Assembly: GCA_020720625.1 (NCBI GenBank)
Contig: DYOH01000007.1
Location: 11,848 to 75,847, forward strand
DNA length: 64,000 nucleotides
Direction: 5' to 3'
From: Acetofilamentum sp.
GTDB taxonomy: Bacteria > Bacteroidota > Bacteroidia > Bacteroidales > DYOH01
Numbering within the stretch: the first letter of the stretch is position 1; the number at the start of each line of letters is the position of its first letter. This document shows, one piece after another, positions 1-8,126 of this stretch. The position numbers and the translations under genes were made by a program. Below the pieces are notes generated by a model, which made no database searches, was not told the origin of the DNA, and saw only the letters and a list, made by a program, of their open reading frames with translations.

Positions 1-36
1 AAATATAATTGATTTAAGCTAAAGCTATTAGTTGAT

Positions 37-73
37 TTTTTTTCGAACTTATTATGAAAGTGTTCGAAAAAAA
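37..73. terminator. 12-bp perfect inverted repeat (TTTTTTTCGAAC / GTTCGAAAAAAA, 13-nt loop); possible bidirectional terminator for a gene left of the window
   Basis: Stem read directly from the sequence. It has T-run and A-run flanks on both strands. No gene is visible inside the window to assign it to. Confidence 0.35.
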
Positions 74-182
74 TGCATGTTTATCTATTTAATTGTTTGA
101 AAACCATTTATATTCTATGGTTTATAGCAATGTAAGAATGGAGCCAAATTATTGGTAATTTGAACTACATTTTTTATTATTT

Positions 183-213
183 AAAAAAAAAAGGACTTTA
201 TGTCCTTTTTTTT
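183..213 (-). terminator. Rho-independent terminator downstream of proS
   Basis: AAGGAC/GTCCTT stem extended by an A10/T8 run with a 5-nt loop. It starts 7 nt after the proS stop (220-222) on the minus strand. Confidence 0.55.
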
Positions 214-219
214 AAATTT

Positions 220-1695
220 TTAATATGCTCTGGCAAAAAGTACCCGCTTATGCGATGGATTTCCGGTAAAAATGCATTTTCCTTCTTCGTCCTCAGCATT
301 CAGTGGTATGCAACGTATGGTGGCTTTTGTTGCATCTTTAATTTTTTCTTCGGTTTCTTTTGTACCATCCCAATGTGCCGCGAGAAATCCTCCTTTTTCA
401 TCCAGCAATTGTTGAAATTCTTCCCAACTATCTACTTTTGTAGTGTTTTCTAATTGGAATTTAAGTGCTTTGTTGTAAATATTCTCTTGGATATCAGAAA
501 GCAGAGTTATTACCCGTGCAACAATATCTGCTTGATTTATGCTCATTTTTTCGAGGGTATCTCTTCTTGCGATTTCTGCGGTCTGGTTTTCCATATCTCT
601 TGGGCCTAATGCAATTCGCACAGGAACTCCTTTAAGTTCGTAATCGGCAAATTTATATCCGGGTTTGTGTGTATCTCTGTTATCGTATTTTACGGAAATT
701 TGATTGGCTTCTAGTTCGGCTTTTAATTTTTTTGCATACTCCGAAATTTGATCCAATTGCTCCTGATTTTTATAAATTGGTATAATAACCACTTGTATTG
801 GCGCAAGTTTTGGTGGCAGAACCAGGCCATTATCGTCGGAGTGCGCCATAATAAGGGCTCCCATAAGGCGAGTAGATACTCCCCAGCTTGTAGCCCAAAC
901 ATATTCTTGTGTACTTTCTTTTGTGGTGAATTTTACATCGAATGCTTTTGCAAAATTCTGACCTAAGAAGTGAGATGTACCCGATTGCAGGGCTTTTCCA
1001 TCTTGCATTAATGCTTCAATGGTATATGTATCCAAGGCACCTGCAAAACGTTCGTTTTCACTTTTTCGTCCGATGATAACTGGCATTGCCATATAATTTT
1101 TGGCAAATTCAGCGTAAACATGAATCATTTGCTCCGTTTCTTCAATAGCTTCCTCTTTGGTGGCATGAGCTGTGTGTCCTTCTTGCCATAAAAATTCAGC
1201 AGTACGCAAGAAAAGCCGGGTTCTCATCTCCCAGCGTACAACATTGGCCCATTGATTAATTAAAATTGGCAAATCGCGGTATGATTGAATCCAGTTTTTA
1301 TAGGTATGCCAAATAATGGTTTCGCTTGTTGGCCTAACAATGAGTTCTTCTTCTAGTTTTGCTTCGGGATCTACTATAATTCCTTTGCCATTTTCATCAT
1401 TCTTTAATCTGTAATGCGTAACAACTGCACATTCTTTGGCAAAGCCCTCCACGTGCGATGCTTCTTTGCTAAAAAATGATTTGGGAATAAAAAGTGGGAA
1501 GTATGCGTTCTCGTGTCCTGTTCGTTTAAACATATCGTCGAGCACACGTTGCATTTTCTCCCAGATGGCATAGCCATAAGGTTTAATAACCATGCTCCCT
1601 CTAACTACTGAATTTTCTGCTAATTCGGCTTTTACTACCAATTCGTTGTACCATTGCGAGTAATTTTCTGCTCGCGAAGTTAGAAATTTGCCCAT
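220..1695 (-). CDS. proS: Prolyl-tRNA synthetase (archaeal/eukaryote-like class II type, about 490 aa)
   Basis: 491-aa ORF starting at an ATG. Motifs: [49 protein letters not shown]. The anticodon-binding region and the C-terminal ...VLFARAY (terminal Tyr) are typical of this ProRS type. Confidence 0.95.
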   Translation of the reverse strand: MGKFLTSRAENYSQWYNELVVKAELAENSVVRGSMVIKPYGYAIWEKMQRVLDDMFKRTGHENAYFPLFIPKSFFSKEASHVEGFAKECAVVTHYRLKNDENGKGIIVDPEAKLEEELIVRPTSETIIWHTYKNWIQSYRDLPILINQWANVVRWEMRTRLFLRTAEFLWQEGHTAHATKEEAIEETEQMIHVYAEFAKNYMAMPVIIGRKSENERFAGALDTYTIEALMQDGKALQSGTSHFLGQNFAKAFDVKFTTKESTQEYVWATSWGVSTRLMGALIMAHSDDNGLVLPPKLAPIQVVIIPIYKNQEQLDQISEYAKKLKAELEANQISVKYDNRDTHKPGYKFADYELKGVPVRIALGPRDMENQTAEIARRDTLEKMSINQADIVARVITLLSDIQENIYNKALKFQLENTTKVDSWEEFQQLLDEKGGFLAAHWDGTKETEEKIKDATKATIRCIPLNAEDEEGKCIFTGNPSHKRVLFARAY

Positions 1696-1804
1696 ATATA
1701 ATGCCTTAATGGAATGATTTTTGTTGTATTTTTATTATTACAAACTTGTTGCAAAGAAAGTAAAATTTTTTGAATGTTGAACTAAAATTTAAGGAGCTTG
1801 CCCC

Positions 1805-3079
1805 ATGAAAAACTTAGTAAAATTATTAATGGCAGCGTTTATAGTAGTTTTTATCAGCTCTTGCGGTATTTCTACTAAAACGGTAGTATACGACGAAGTA
1901 TATTATGTGCCCGGAGATGCTCAGGTTTATGCATCTGTTCCTTCTTCCGGTGAGAAGATTGAAAAATTAAAACCCGAAAATTACGACAATTCCGAGCTTG
2001 AAAATTATTCGCAGGAGCAAATAATTGAAGAATTGGAAGCTGAAGAAGATTATTATGATGAAAATTATGATGATTTTTATTACACTTATCGAATAAACAA
2101 ATTTCATCGAAGAACTGTAGTGAGTTATGATCCTTGGTTCTACGACTGGTATTATCCATCTGTTTCTTATAGCTATCATTATAGTCCATGGGGCTATTCT
2201 AATTATTATTATTCACCTGATTATTATTCGTCTCCATATTATTACGGAAGTTACTATTATTGGTCTCCGGGATACTATAGCTGGAATTATTATAATTCGG
2301 CATATTATAATGGTTATTGGAATGGATACAATTCGAGAAATTATTACGAAAATAGCACAAATAATTATTCCAACAGAACTTATGGTCATAGGTCCGGTAC
2401 TGTTTCGTCATTGCCTAATGGTAATAGAACTTCGGGCTCGGTAAGTGGAAGCAGAGCTAATGGACAAAGTGCTAGGTTCGAAAATAATAACGTAGTGAAA
2501 TCTGAAGGTGAAGTTAGTCGAACTACAGAAACCAGAGCTACAGAAACCAGAACTACTACGCCCACGCGAACAAATACTTCTTCAAACACAGGCGTAACCC
2601 GCTCAGAAACATATAATCGCTCGCAAGGTTCTACTAATACTAATACTTCGGGCAGAAACGAAGTTTATAATTCAGGCAGTAATCGTCAGAATTACACAAA
2701 ACCGAGCAATAGTAGTTCGTATACCGGAAGAAATTATAATAGCACTTCGAACACCTCAAGCAATAGGTCTTCGACTTCAACAACCCCCGCTACGTCGGGA
2801 AATGAACGGAGTACGTATCAGCGTAGCACTACCCCTTCAGGCAGTTCAAGTGGTAATGTGCGAAGCAACAATAGTTCCAATGTAAAAAGTTCAGGATCTT
2901 CAACCAGAAGTTCTTCGGGCAGCAGTGGTAGCCGTAGCTCATCTGTATCGGGCAGCAGCAGTAAAAGTTCTAATTCTTCTAGTTCAGGTTCTAGTACTAG
3001 TACTAGTTCTAGTTCTAGTTCTAGTTCTAGTAATCGTAGTTCTACTACTTCCGGAAGCCGCACTGGTGGAAAAAGATAA
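1805..3079 (+). CDS. Low-complexity lipoprotein: lipobox, acidic segment, Tyr-rich segment, long Ser/Thr/Asn/Arg-rich tail
   Basis: 424-aa ORF. The signal peptide ends in FISSC (lipobox Cys). The acidic block is EELEAEEDYYDENYDDFYY. A Tyr-rich stretch of about 90 aa follows (YSPWGYSNYYYSPDYYSSPYYYGSYYYWSPGYYSWNYYNSAYYNGYW), then about 250 aa of S/T/N/R low complexity. All overlapping ORFs in the track are composition artefacts. Confidence 0.7.
   Translation: MKNLVKLLMAAFIVVFISSCGISTKTVVYDEVYYVPGDAQVYASVPSSGEKIEKLKPENYDNSELENYSQEQIIEELEAEEDYYDENYDDFYYTYRINKFHRRTVVSYDPWFYDWYYPSVSYSYHYSPWGYSNYYYSPDYYSSPYYYGSYYYWSPGYYSWNYYNSAYYNGYWNGYNSRNYYENSTNNYSNRTYGHRSGTVSSLPNGNRTSGSVSGSRANGQSARFENNNVVKSEGEVSRTTETRATETRTTTPTRTNTSSNTGVTRSETYNRSQGSTNTNTSGRNEVYNSGSNRQNYTKPSNSSSYTGRNYNSTSNTSSNRSSTSTTPATSGNERSTYQRSTTPSGSSSGNVRSNNSSNVKSSGSSTRSSSGSSGSRSSSVSGSSSKSSNSSSSGSSTSTSSSSSSSSSNRSSTTSGSRTGGKR
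2993..3031 (+). repeat. In-frame hexanucleotide microsatellite (AGTACT)2(AGTTCT)4AGT encoding a Ser/Thr run
   Basis: Counted directly from the sequence at the 3' end of the 1805..3079 CDS. Confidence 0.8.
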
Positions 3080-3104
3080 AGATTTTTTATTTTAGATGTT
3101 TGTG

Positions 3105-3139
3105 AAACTATATCAAAGCTAACTACTTTGGTATAGTTT
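3105..3139 (+). terminator. 14-bp hairpin downstream of the low-complexity lipoprotein gene (no clean T-run)
   Basis: AAACTATATCAAAG / CTTTGGTATAGTTT stem with one G-U pair and a 7-nt loop, 26 nt after the stop. It is followed by ATATAAAC, not a U-tract. Confidence 0.35.
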
Positions 3140-3325
3140 ATATAAACAAATCGACTCTATATAATTTAAATATTTTTGTTGAAAAAAAAATAACGCCAAA
3201 ATTTGCTGATATTCAAAAGCCAGAATATGTTCTGACAAGTTCGCCATTGACTTAATTTCTTTCGAACTATCTGCATGTTATTGCCTTTTTAAGGGGTTTT
3301 AGACATATCGGCACGTACCCAAAAA

Positions 3326-4858
3326 ATGAAATTTATGAAAAAAATATTGTTGTTTTCCATTTTAAGTATTGCTTATATTCAGTTTTCTGTAGCACAGAGC
3401 GATATAGATGCACTTAGATTTTCGCAAACCTTCGAGGGAGGCACTGCCCGAAGTTTAAGTATGGCAGGGGCTTTTAGTTCGCTTGGAGTAGATTTATCTG
3501 TTTTAGCTACCAATCCTGCCGGAATCGCATTTTCCAGAAATTCGTATTTTTCCATTACCCCTCAACTAGGATATACCAAAACCAGTTCTCTATTTAACGA
3601 CGCAGCTTATAGCGAAGACGATTATAATTTTAAGATAAATAATATTGGTTTTACAAGTACTTATTTAAACAACTCATCTGAAAAGGGCTGGAAAGCTTTG
3701 AGTTTGGGCGTAGCTTATAATAAGCTTAAAAACTTTAATATGAGCTATGTGGCACAAGGAAATAATACGTCTAGCTCTATGCTCGACCACTTTATGTACA
3801 ACTCAGATGGTAATATTTCTGATAATTTATACAATAATTCCGCTTTGATGCGAGAGTCGTATGCCTGGGAGACTTTTCTGCTTGATTTGGATACTGAAAA
3901 TAACCCCAATTTGTATTATTGGAATCCAATTTGGGCTGATGGAAAATATGGTCAGCTTCAACAGAAAACCCTGGAAGCTATTGGGAATGTTGGGGAGTAC
4001 TCTTTTGCCTTGGCAGCCAATTTCGAAGATATATTGTATCTGGGTGCAACATTGGGTATTCAAAGTATTTATTATAAGGAAAATACCATCTATTCCGAAG
4101 ATGATGTAAACGGAAATATTACTGAATTTAAATCTTTTGAAATGCGTGAGATGCTCCAAACTACAGGAACGGGATATAATTTTAAATTCGGTATAATTGT
4201 TCGTCCGATTACGAGTTTGAGAATTAGTGCTGCATTTCATACGCCAACTTTTTATAGTATTCATGATAATTATTCTTTGGGAATGGAGTCGCATTTTGAT
4301 TATGCAATTACAGAATCTGCTGCAATGGATTTTTATTCTAAGGATGCAGCGGATGTGCTGATTGGGGAATTGGTTTCCGATTATAAGTTAAGCAGTGCTC
4401 CAAAATTTATTGCTGGTGCTTCTTTTATAATCAGCAATTTTGGACTTATTAGTATGGATTATGAATATACCGATTTTAGTTTAATGGATATGTCGGCATC
4501 TGACTATAACTATTTTAATACAAATCAATTTATTGCAGAAAACTATACTGTAAGCCATACAATTAGATTAGGTACCGAAATTGTGGCCATTCATGGAATC
4601 GCACTGCGTGGTGGTGCATTGTATGCTACCATGCCTCAAAATTTTGTAGATGATGATTACAATAGGACTAGATTGGCCTACTCGGGCGGTATAGGTTTAA
4701 ATTCCGAATCTGCATTTTTGGATTTGGGCTTAATTTATGAAACTTTTAAATGGCAACAATATTCTTATACTTTGCCCTCTGATGGTGCTGTTCCGCCGCT
4801 AGAGAGAGTTAAATATGAAAATTTTTCATTTGTTGCTACCTTTGGCCTCAGATTTTAA
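3326..4858 (+). CDS. Outer-membrane beta-barrel protein, FadL/PorV-like family
   Basis: 510-aa ORF with a signal peptide ending in SVAQ. The N-terminal motif ARSLSMAGAFSSLGVDLSVLATNPAGIAF is typical of FadL/PorV-type barrels. Alternating beta-strand pattern and a C-terminal ...ATFGLRF (terminal Phe). Confidence 0.7.
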   Translation: MKFMKKILLFSILSIAYIQFSVAQSDIDALRFSQTFEGGTARSLSMAGAFSSLGVDLSVLATNPAGIAFSRNSYFSITPQLGYTKTSSLFNDAAYSEDDYNFKINNIGFTSTYLNNSSEKGWKALSLGVAYNKLKNFNMSYVAQGNNTSSSMLDHFMYNSDGNISDNLYNNSALMRESYAWETFLLDLDTENNPNLYYWNPIWADGKYGQLQQKTLEAIGNVGEYSFALAANFEDILYLGATLGIQSIYYKENTIYSEDDVNGNITEFKSFEMREMLQTTGTGYNFKFGIIVRPITSLRISAAFHTPTFYSIHDNYSLGMESHFDYAITESAAMDFYSKDAADVLIGELVSDYKLSSAPKFIAGASFIISNFGLISMDYEYTDFSLMDMSASDYNYFNTNQFIAENYTVSHTIRLGTEIVAIHGIALRGGALYATMPQNFVDDDYNRTRLAYSGGIGLNSESAFLDLGLIYETFKWQQYSYTLPSDGAVPPLERVKYENFSFVATFGLRF

Positions 4859-4883
4859 TCTCTGGTCAGTATTTCTATCATGG

Positions 4884-4910
4884 CAGCCTCTATTTAGGGG
4901 CTGTTTTTTT
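4884..4910 (+). terminator. Rho-independent terminator after the FadL-like gene
   Basis: CAGCCTC/GGGGCTG stem followed by a T7 run. Confidence 0.6.
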
Positions 4911-4974
4911 GTTTTCCTGGAAAATTGTTTTTTTGCAATCTTTAAATGAGTATATTTCTAAAAAATTTATTCTT

Positions 4975-6318
4975 ATGGAAGACAAATCTTTTATTTCAAA
5001 ATCTACAGGTAAATTTCGGAACTCTATTTCATTGAAATTGATTGTTATTGGTTTTTTGATTTTATTGTTTCTTATTCCTATCTCGATGATCGAAAGTTTG
5101 GTTTATGAAAGGCAGAATAGAAAATCGGAAGCCATAAATGAAGTGAGCAGTAGCTGGGGCAATCCACAAACAATTGCAGCTCCTTTTATTACAATTCCTT
5201 ACTATGAGTTTACACGGACAACCGACGAAAACGGAAAGTCGGTTTTAATACGCACTAAGCATAAGGCTTATTTTTTACCCGAAGACCTGCTTATTCAGGG
5301 AGAAATTTTTCCCCAAATCAGGTATAGAGGCATTTACCATGTAGTGGTGTATAATAGCAAAATGAAAATCTCTGGAAAATTTGCTCCCATAAACTTCGAT
5401 GTTTTTAAAATTGATGATAAAAATGTTTTGTGGGATGAGGCTGAAATTAATATTGGGATTAGTGATTTAAGGAGTATCAAACAAAGCGTTCATATTAAAA
5501 CACAAGACACTGTTTTTGCATTTAATCCCGGCTTATCTGGTTTTGAAGTGGCTGGTTCGGGCATTTCAAGCCCATTAAATTGGAGCAACGATAAAGAATT
5601 GGCATTTTCGGTTGATCTCGACCTGAATGGTAGTTCGAGTTTAGATTTTTTACCGCTTGGAAAGCAAACGAAAGTAAAACTTACCAGCACATGGGCAAAT
5701 CCCAAGTTTATGGGCGCTTTTCTTCCAGAGCCACGCCAAATTAACGATGATGGTTTTTCTGCTGAATGGACGGTGTTGCATCTGAACAGAAATTATCCGC
5801 AGAGTTTTTTGCAATCGGAGGGCAATATTTCGGAGAGCGCATTTGGTGTTAGTTTACTTCTGCCAGTGGACGAGTACCAAAAGAACATGCGTGCCGGAAA
5901 ATATGCTGTTCTGATTATTGCCCTTACTTTTGTTGTATTTTTCTTTATGCAGGTGTTGAATAAAATAATGATTCATCCTATACAGTATATTATTGTTGGA
6001 TTGGCGCTTATGGTTTTCTATAGTTTATTGATTGCCATTTCGGAGCAATTAAGTTTCAATCGGGCTTATCTTATTAGTAGCGTTGCCATAATTGGAATGG
6101 TGGGATTGTACGTAAAAGCTATACTCAAAAGTAAAAAATTGGCTTTATTTCTAACCGGCGTAATGGTTTTGTTATACTTATTTATATTTACCATTATTCA
6201 GTTGCAGGATTATTCCCTGTTATTCGGAAGCATTGGTTTGTTTATAGTTTTGGCCATTATTATGTATCTCTCGCGAAATATCGACTGGTATAATATTGAT
6301 TTTGATGACAGGAATTGA
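4975..6318 (+). CDS. creD: Cell-envelope integrity inner-membrane protein CreD
   Basis: The ORF track starts at 4909, but that start overlaps the upstream terminator, so the ATG at 4975 (MEDKSF...) is more likely. One N-terminal TM, a large periplasmic domain (SSSWGNPQTIAAPFITIPYYEF...) and a C-terminal cluster of about 5 TM helices match the CreD layout. Confidence 0.8.
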   Translation: MEDKSFISKSTGKFRNSISLKLIVIGFLILLFLIPISMIESLVYERQNRKSEAINEVSSSWGNPQTIAAPFITIPYYEFTRTTDENGKSVLIRTKHKAYFLPEDLLIQGEIFPQIRYRGIYHVVVYNSKMKISGKFAPINFDVFKIDDKNVLWDEAEINIGISDLRSIKQSVHIKTQDTVFAFNPGLSGFEVAGSGISSPLNWSNDKELAFSVDLDLNGSSSLDFLPLGKQTKVKLTSTWANPKFMGAFLPEPRQINDDGFSAEWTVLHLNRNYPQSFLQSEGNISESAFGVSLLLPVDEYQKNMRAGKYAVLIIALTFVVFFFMQVLNKIMIHPIQYIIVGLALMVFYSLLIAISEQLSFNRAYLISSVAIIGMVGLYVKAILKSKKLALFLTGVMVLLYLFIFTIIQLQDYSLLFGSIGLFIVLAIIMYLSRNIDWYNIDFDDRN

Positions 6319-6327
6319 TTTATGTAT

Positions 6328-6366
6328 GAAAAAAACGGCGTGATTTTTTTTACGCCGTTTTTTTTC
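6328..6366. terminator. Bidirectional rho-independent terminator between convergent creD and the repeat-protein gene
   Basis: AACGGCGT/ACGCCGTT stem flanked by an A-run (5') and a T-run (3'). Confidence 0.65.
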
Positions 6367-6374
6367 ATTAGAAT

Positions 6375-8117
6375 CTATTTTTTCCTTACAAAAAACTCAA
6401 TTTCTTTTTCTGATATATTGTTCAGATTGTCTGTAGCATATATCCTTATGCTGTTTTTTTCTCCTGCATTGAAATCTTTAATGGCATCAAGGTAGGTCTT
6501 CCTTGTCCCTTTATTTAAACTGAACTCGATTATTTTTGTACCTACCTGTTCGTCGGATGCTGCAAGGTATAGGGCTACATTGCTCGGATATTCAAGCAAA
6601 TTTTCTTTTTTTCCATTGGGCTCTACGCTAAAATAATATTGAATACTCGGTGGATTATAGTCTGCATAAAAGAATAAATGACCAATATCACGGTTGTTTA
6701 CATTATCGTATCCAAAATATTCGAGTTGGTGTTTGCCGTGTGTATAAACTTTAATCGGATCTGTGTATTTGGTTTCTTCCTTTATTCCATCCAGGCTATA
6801 GCTCATGTATTGCATGCCAGATTCGTTGTCTTGTCCGAACAGTTCAATAGATGCGTCTTTTCCCAGCAGCACTGTGTCGTTTACAAAGTAGTAAAAGCCG
6901 GTAAATTTGGCCATAATGCCAGGGCCTACTAAGTCGATGTAAATTTTTTCTACATTATATCCAAAACTTTGATATTGGGTATTTTCCCAGCTTTCGCTTC
7001 GCGTGGTATTACCAAATCTGTCTTTGGCATAATAACTTACCAAATGGTAACCCGGAATGCGAGGTAGGTAAAATGCCTCGGTATAATTTTCGAAGGAGGC
7101 ATTATCTATTGAATATTTTAAACTATCAATTCCTGCCTTATTATCTACGCAAATAAGTTTGAATTTGGTTCTACCGGAAAAATATACCTGATTGTTAACC
7201 ACAAATCTGTCTCCCAGAACATCGGATGTTAAAATGGGCGGTACTCTATCAACATAAAACTCATAAATGTTGGTATCCTCCTGATTTTGCACATTATCTA
7301 CCGAAAAATAGCGTAAAGTATGAAATCCGTTGGACAGATTTTTTACCGGAATAGGTTTTCCAGGGTATTTAATAAAGGCTTGATTATTTAGTTGGTAAAG
7401 TGTATAGGCTAATTCTGCCGATGTGTCCTGAGCAATAAGCTCAATACTGCTTCTCTCGGAAAGTGTTTCAAGTTCAGGTAAATATTCACCAACTATACTA
7501 TGTTTGGTTTCGGGAATGGTATTATCAACACGAAAATATATTTCGTTTTCAGCTTCAATATTTCCAACATTATCCTCTGCATAATATTTCAGCAAAAAAT
7601 CGCCTTGGCTTAGAAATGAAAGTTCTGTGTTGTATATTTGGTAATTTTGGCCATTTATACTGTAGAAAATCTGTTTTACACCTGAGTAGCTATCCTTTGC
7701 ACTTAATCTTACGTTTAATCCAGGTCCATAATATTTGGCTTTGGAATTGCTCCCGCTCGCAGCATGCAAAAAATTTGCCTTGCTTAAGGGCGATGTGCCG
7801 TCTACAATTACTTTAAATTGGATATTCACTTGTGTGTTTACTTTTCCGCTTTGGTTATGCGTGGCTCCCAAGGTATTAAATGAGTTTTCGCCTTCTTTTT
7901 CAAAGTAATAGGGGTTCGAAAATTCATTTTGTGCCGAAAGTTGCTCTGTTTTTCCGCCCGGGCCTGATGAAATACTAAGAAAAACCGGTAGTTTTAGGTT
8001 CCAGAATAAGGTACCACTGCTATCTCTGTAGCTTATAGGGATAGAATTGGCTTGCTCTTGCGAGTAGCTTGTATAAAAAATGATTATACTTATAAAGATG
8101 GAGACTATTTTTTTCAT
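6375..8117 (-). CDS. Secreted protein with about 5 tandem Ig-like/beta-sandwich repeats
   Basis: 580-aa ORF with a signal peptide. A recurring motif appears every 90-100 aa: YYAEDNVGNIE, YFSVDNVQNQE, YYAKDRFGNTT, YFGYDNVNNRD, IYATDNLNNIS. Each is followed by xxFxVDxxxP, as in chitobiase-C/OmpL47-type repeats. Confidence 0.7.
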   Translation of the reverse strand: MKKIVSIFISIIIFYTSYSQEQANSIPISYRDSSGTLFWNLKLPVFLSISSGPGGKTEQLSAQNEFSNPYYFEKEGENSFNTLGATHNQSGKVNTQVNIQFKVIVDGTSPLSKANFLHAASGSNSKAKYYGPGLNVRLSAKDSYSGVKQIFYSINGQNYQIYNTELSFLSQGDFLLKYYAEDNVGNIEAENEIYFRVDNTIPETKHSIVGEYLPELETLSERSSIELIAQDTSAELAYTLYQLNNQAFIKYPGKPIPVKNLSNGFHTLRYFSVDNVQNQEDTNIYEFYVDRVPPILTSDVLGDRFVVNNQVYFSGRTKFKLICVDNKAGIDSLKYSIDNASFENYTEAFYLPRIPGYHLVSYYAKDRFGNTTRSESWENTQYQSFGYNVEKIYIDLVGPGIMAKFTGFYYFVNDTVLLGKDASIELFGQDNESGMQYMSYSLDGIKEETKYTDPIKVYTHGKHQLEYFGYDNVNNRDIGHLFFYADYNPPSIQYYFSVEPNGKKENLLEYPSNVALYLAASDEQVGTKIIEFSLNKGTRKTYLDAIKDFNAGEKNSIRIYATDNLNNISEKEIEFFVRKK

Positions 8118-8126
8118 AAAAGATTA

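Noticed and set aside
1875-3063. Cluster of overlapping ORFs on both strands inside 1805..3079 (for example 2127..2444, 2199..2411, 2818..3063).
   Set aside because: These are artefacts of the repetitive TAT/AGT-rich coding sequence. Their translations are poly-Ile, poly-Leu or poly-Asn strings.
3827-4294. Long antisense or overlapping ORFs in the track: 3827..4294, 26667..27029, 35546..35926, 40452..40793, 44477..44878, 58049..58402, 63457..63801, 160..453 and many 60-100-aa ORFs.
   Set aside because: Each lies entirely within, and opposite or out of frame to, a gene with strong family motifs. Their translations are low-complexity or biased. They are typical shadow ORFs of an AT-rich genome.
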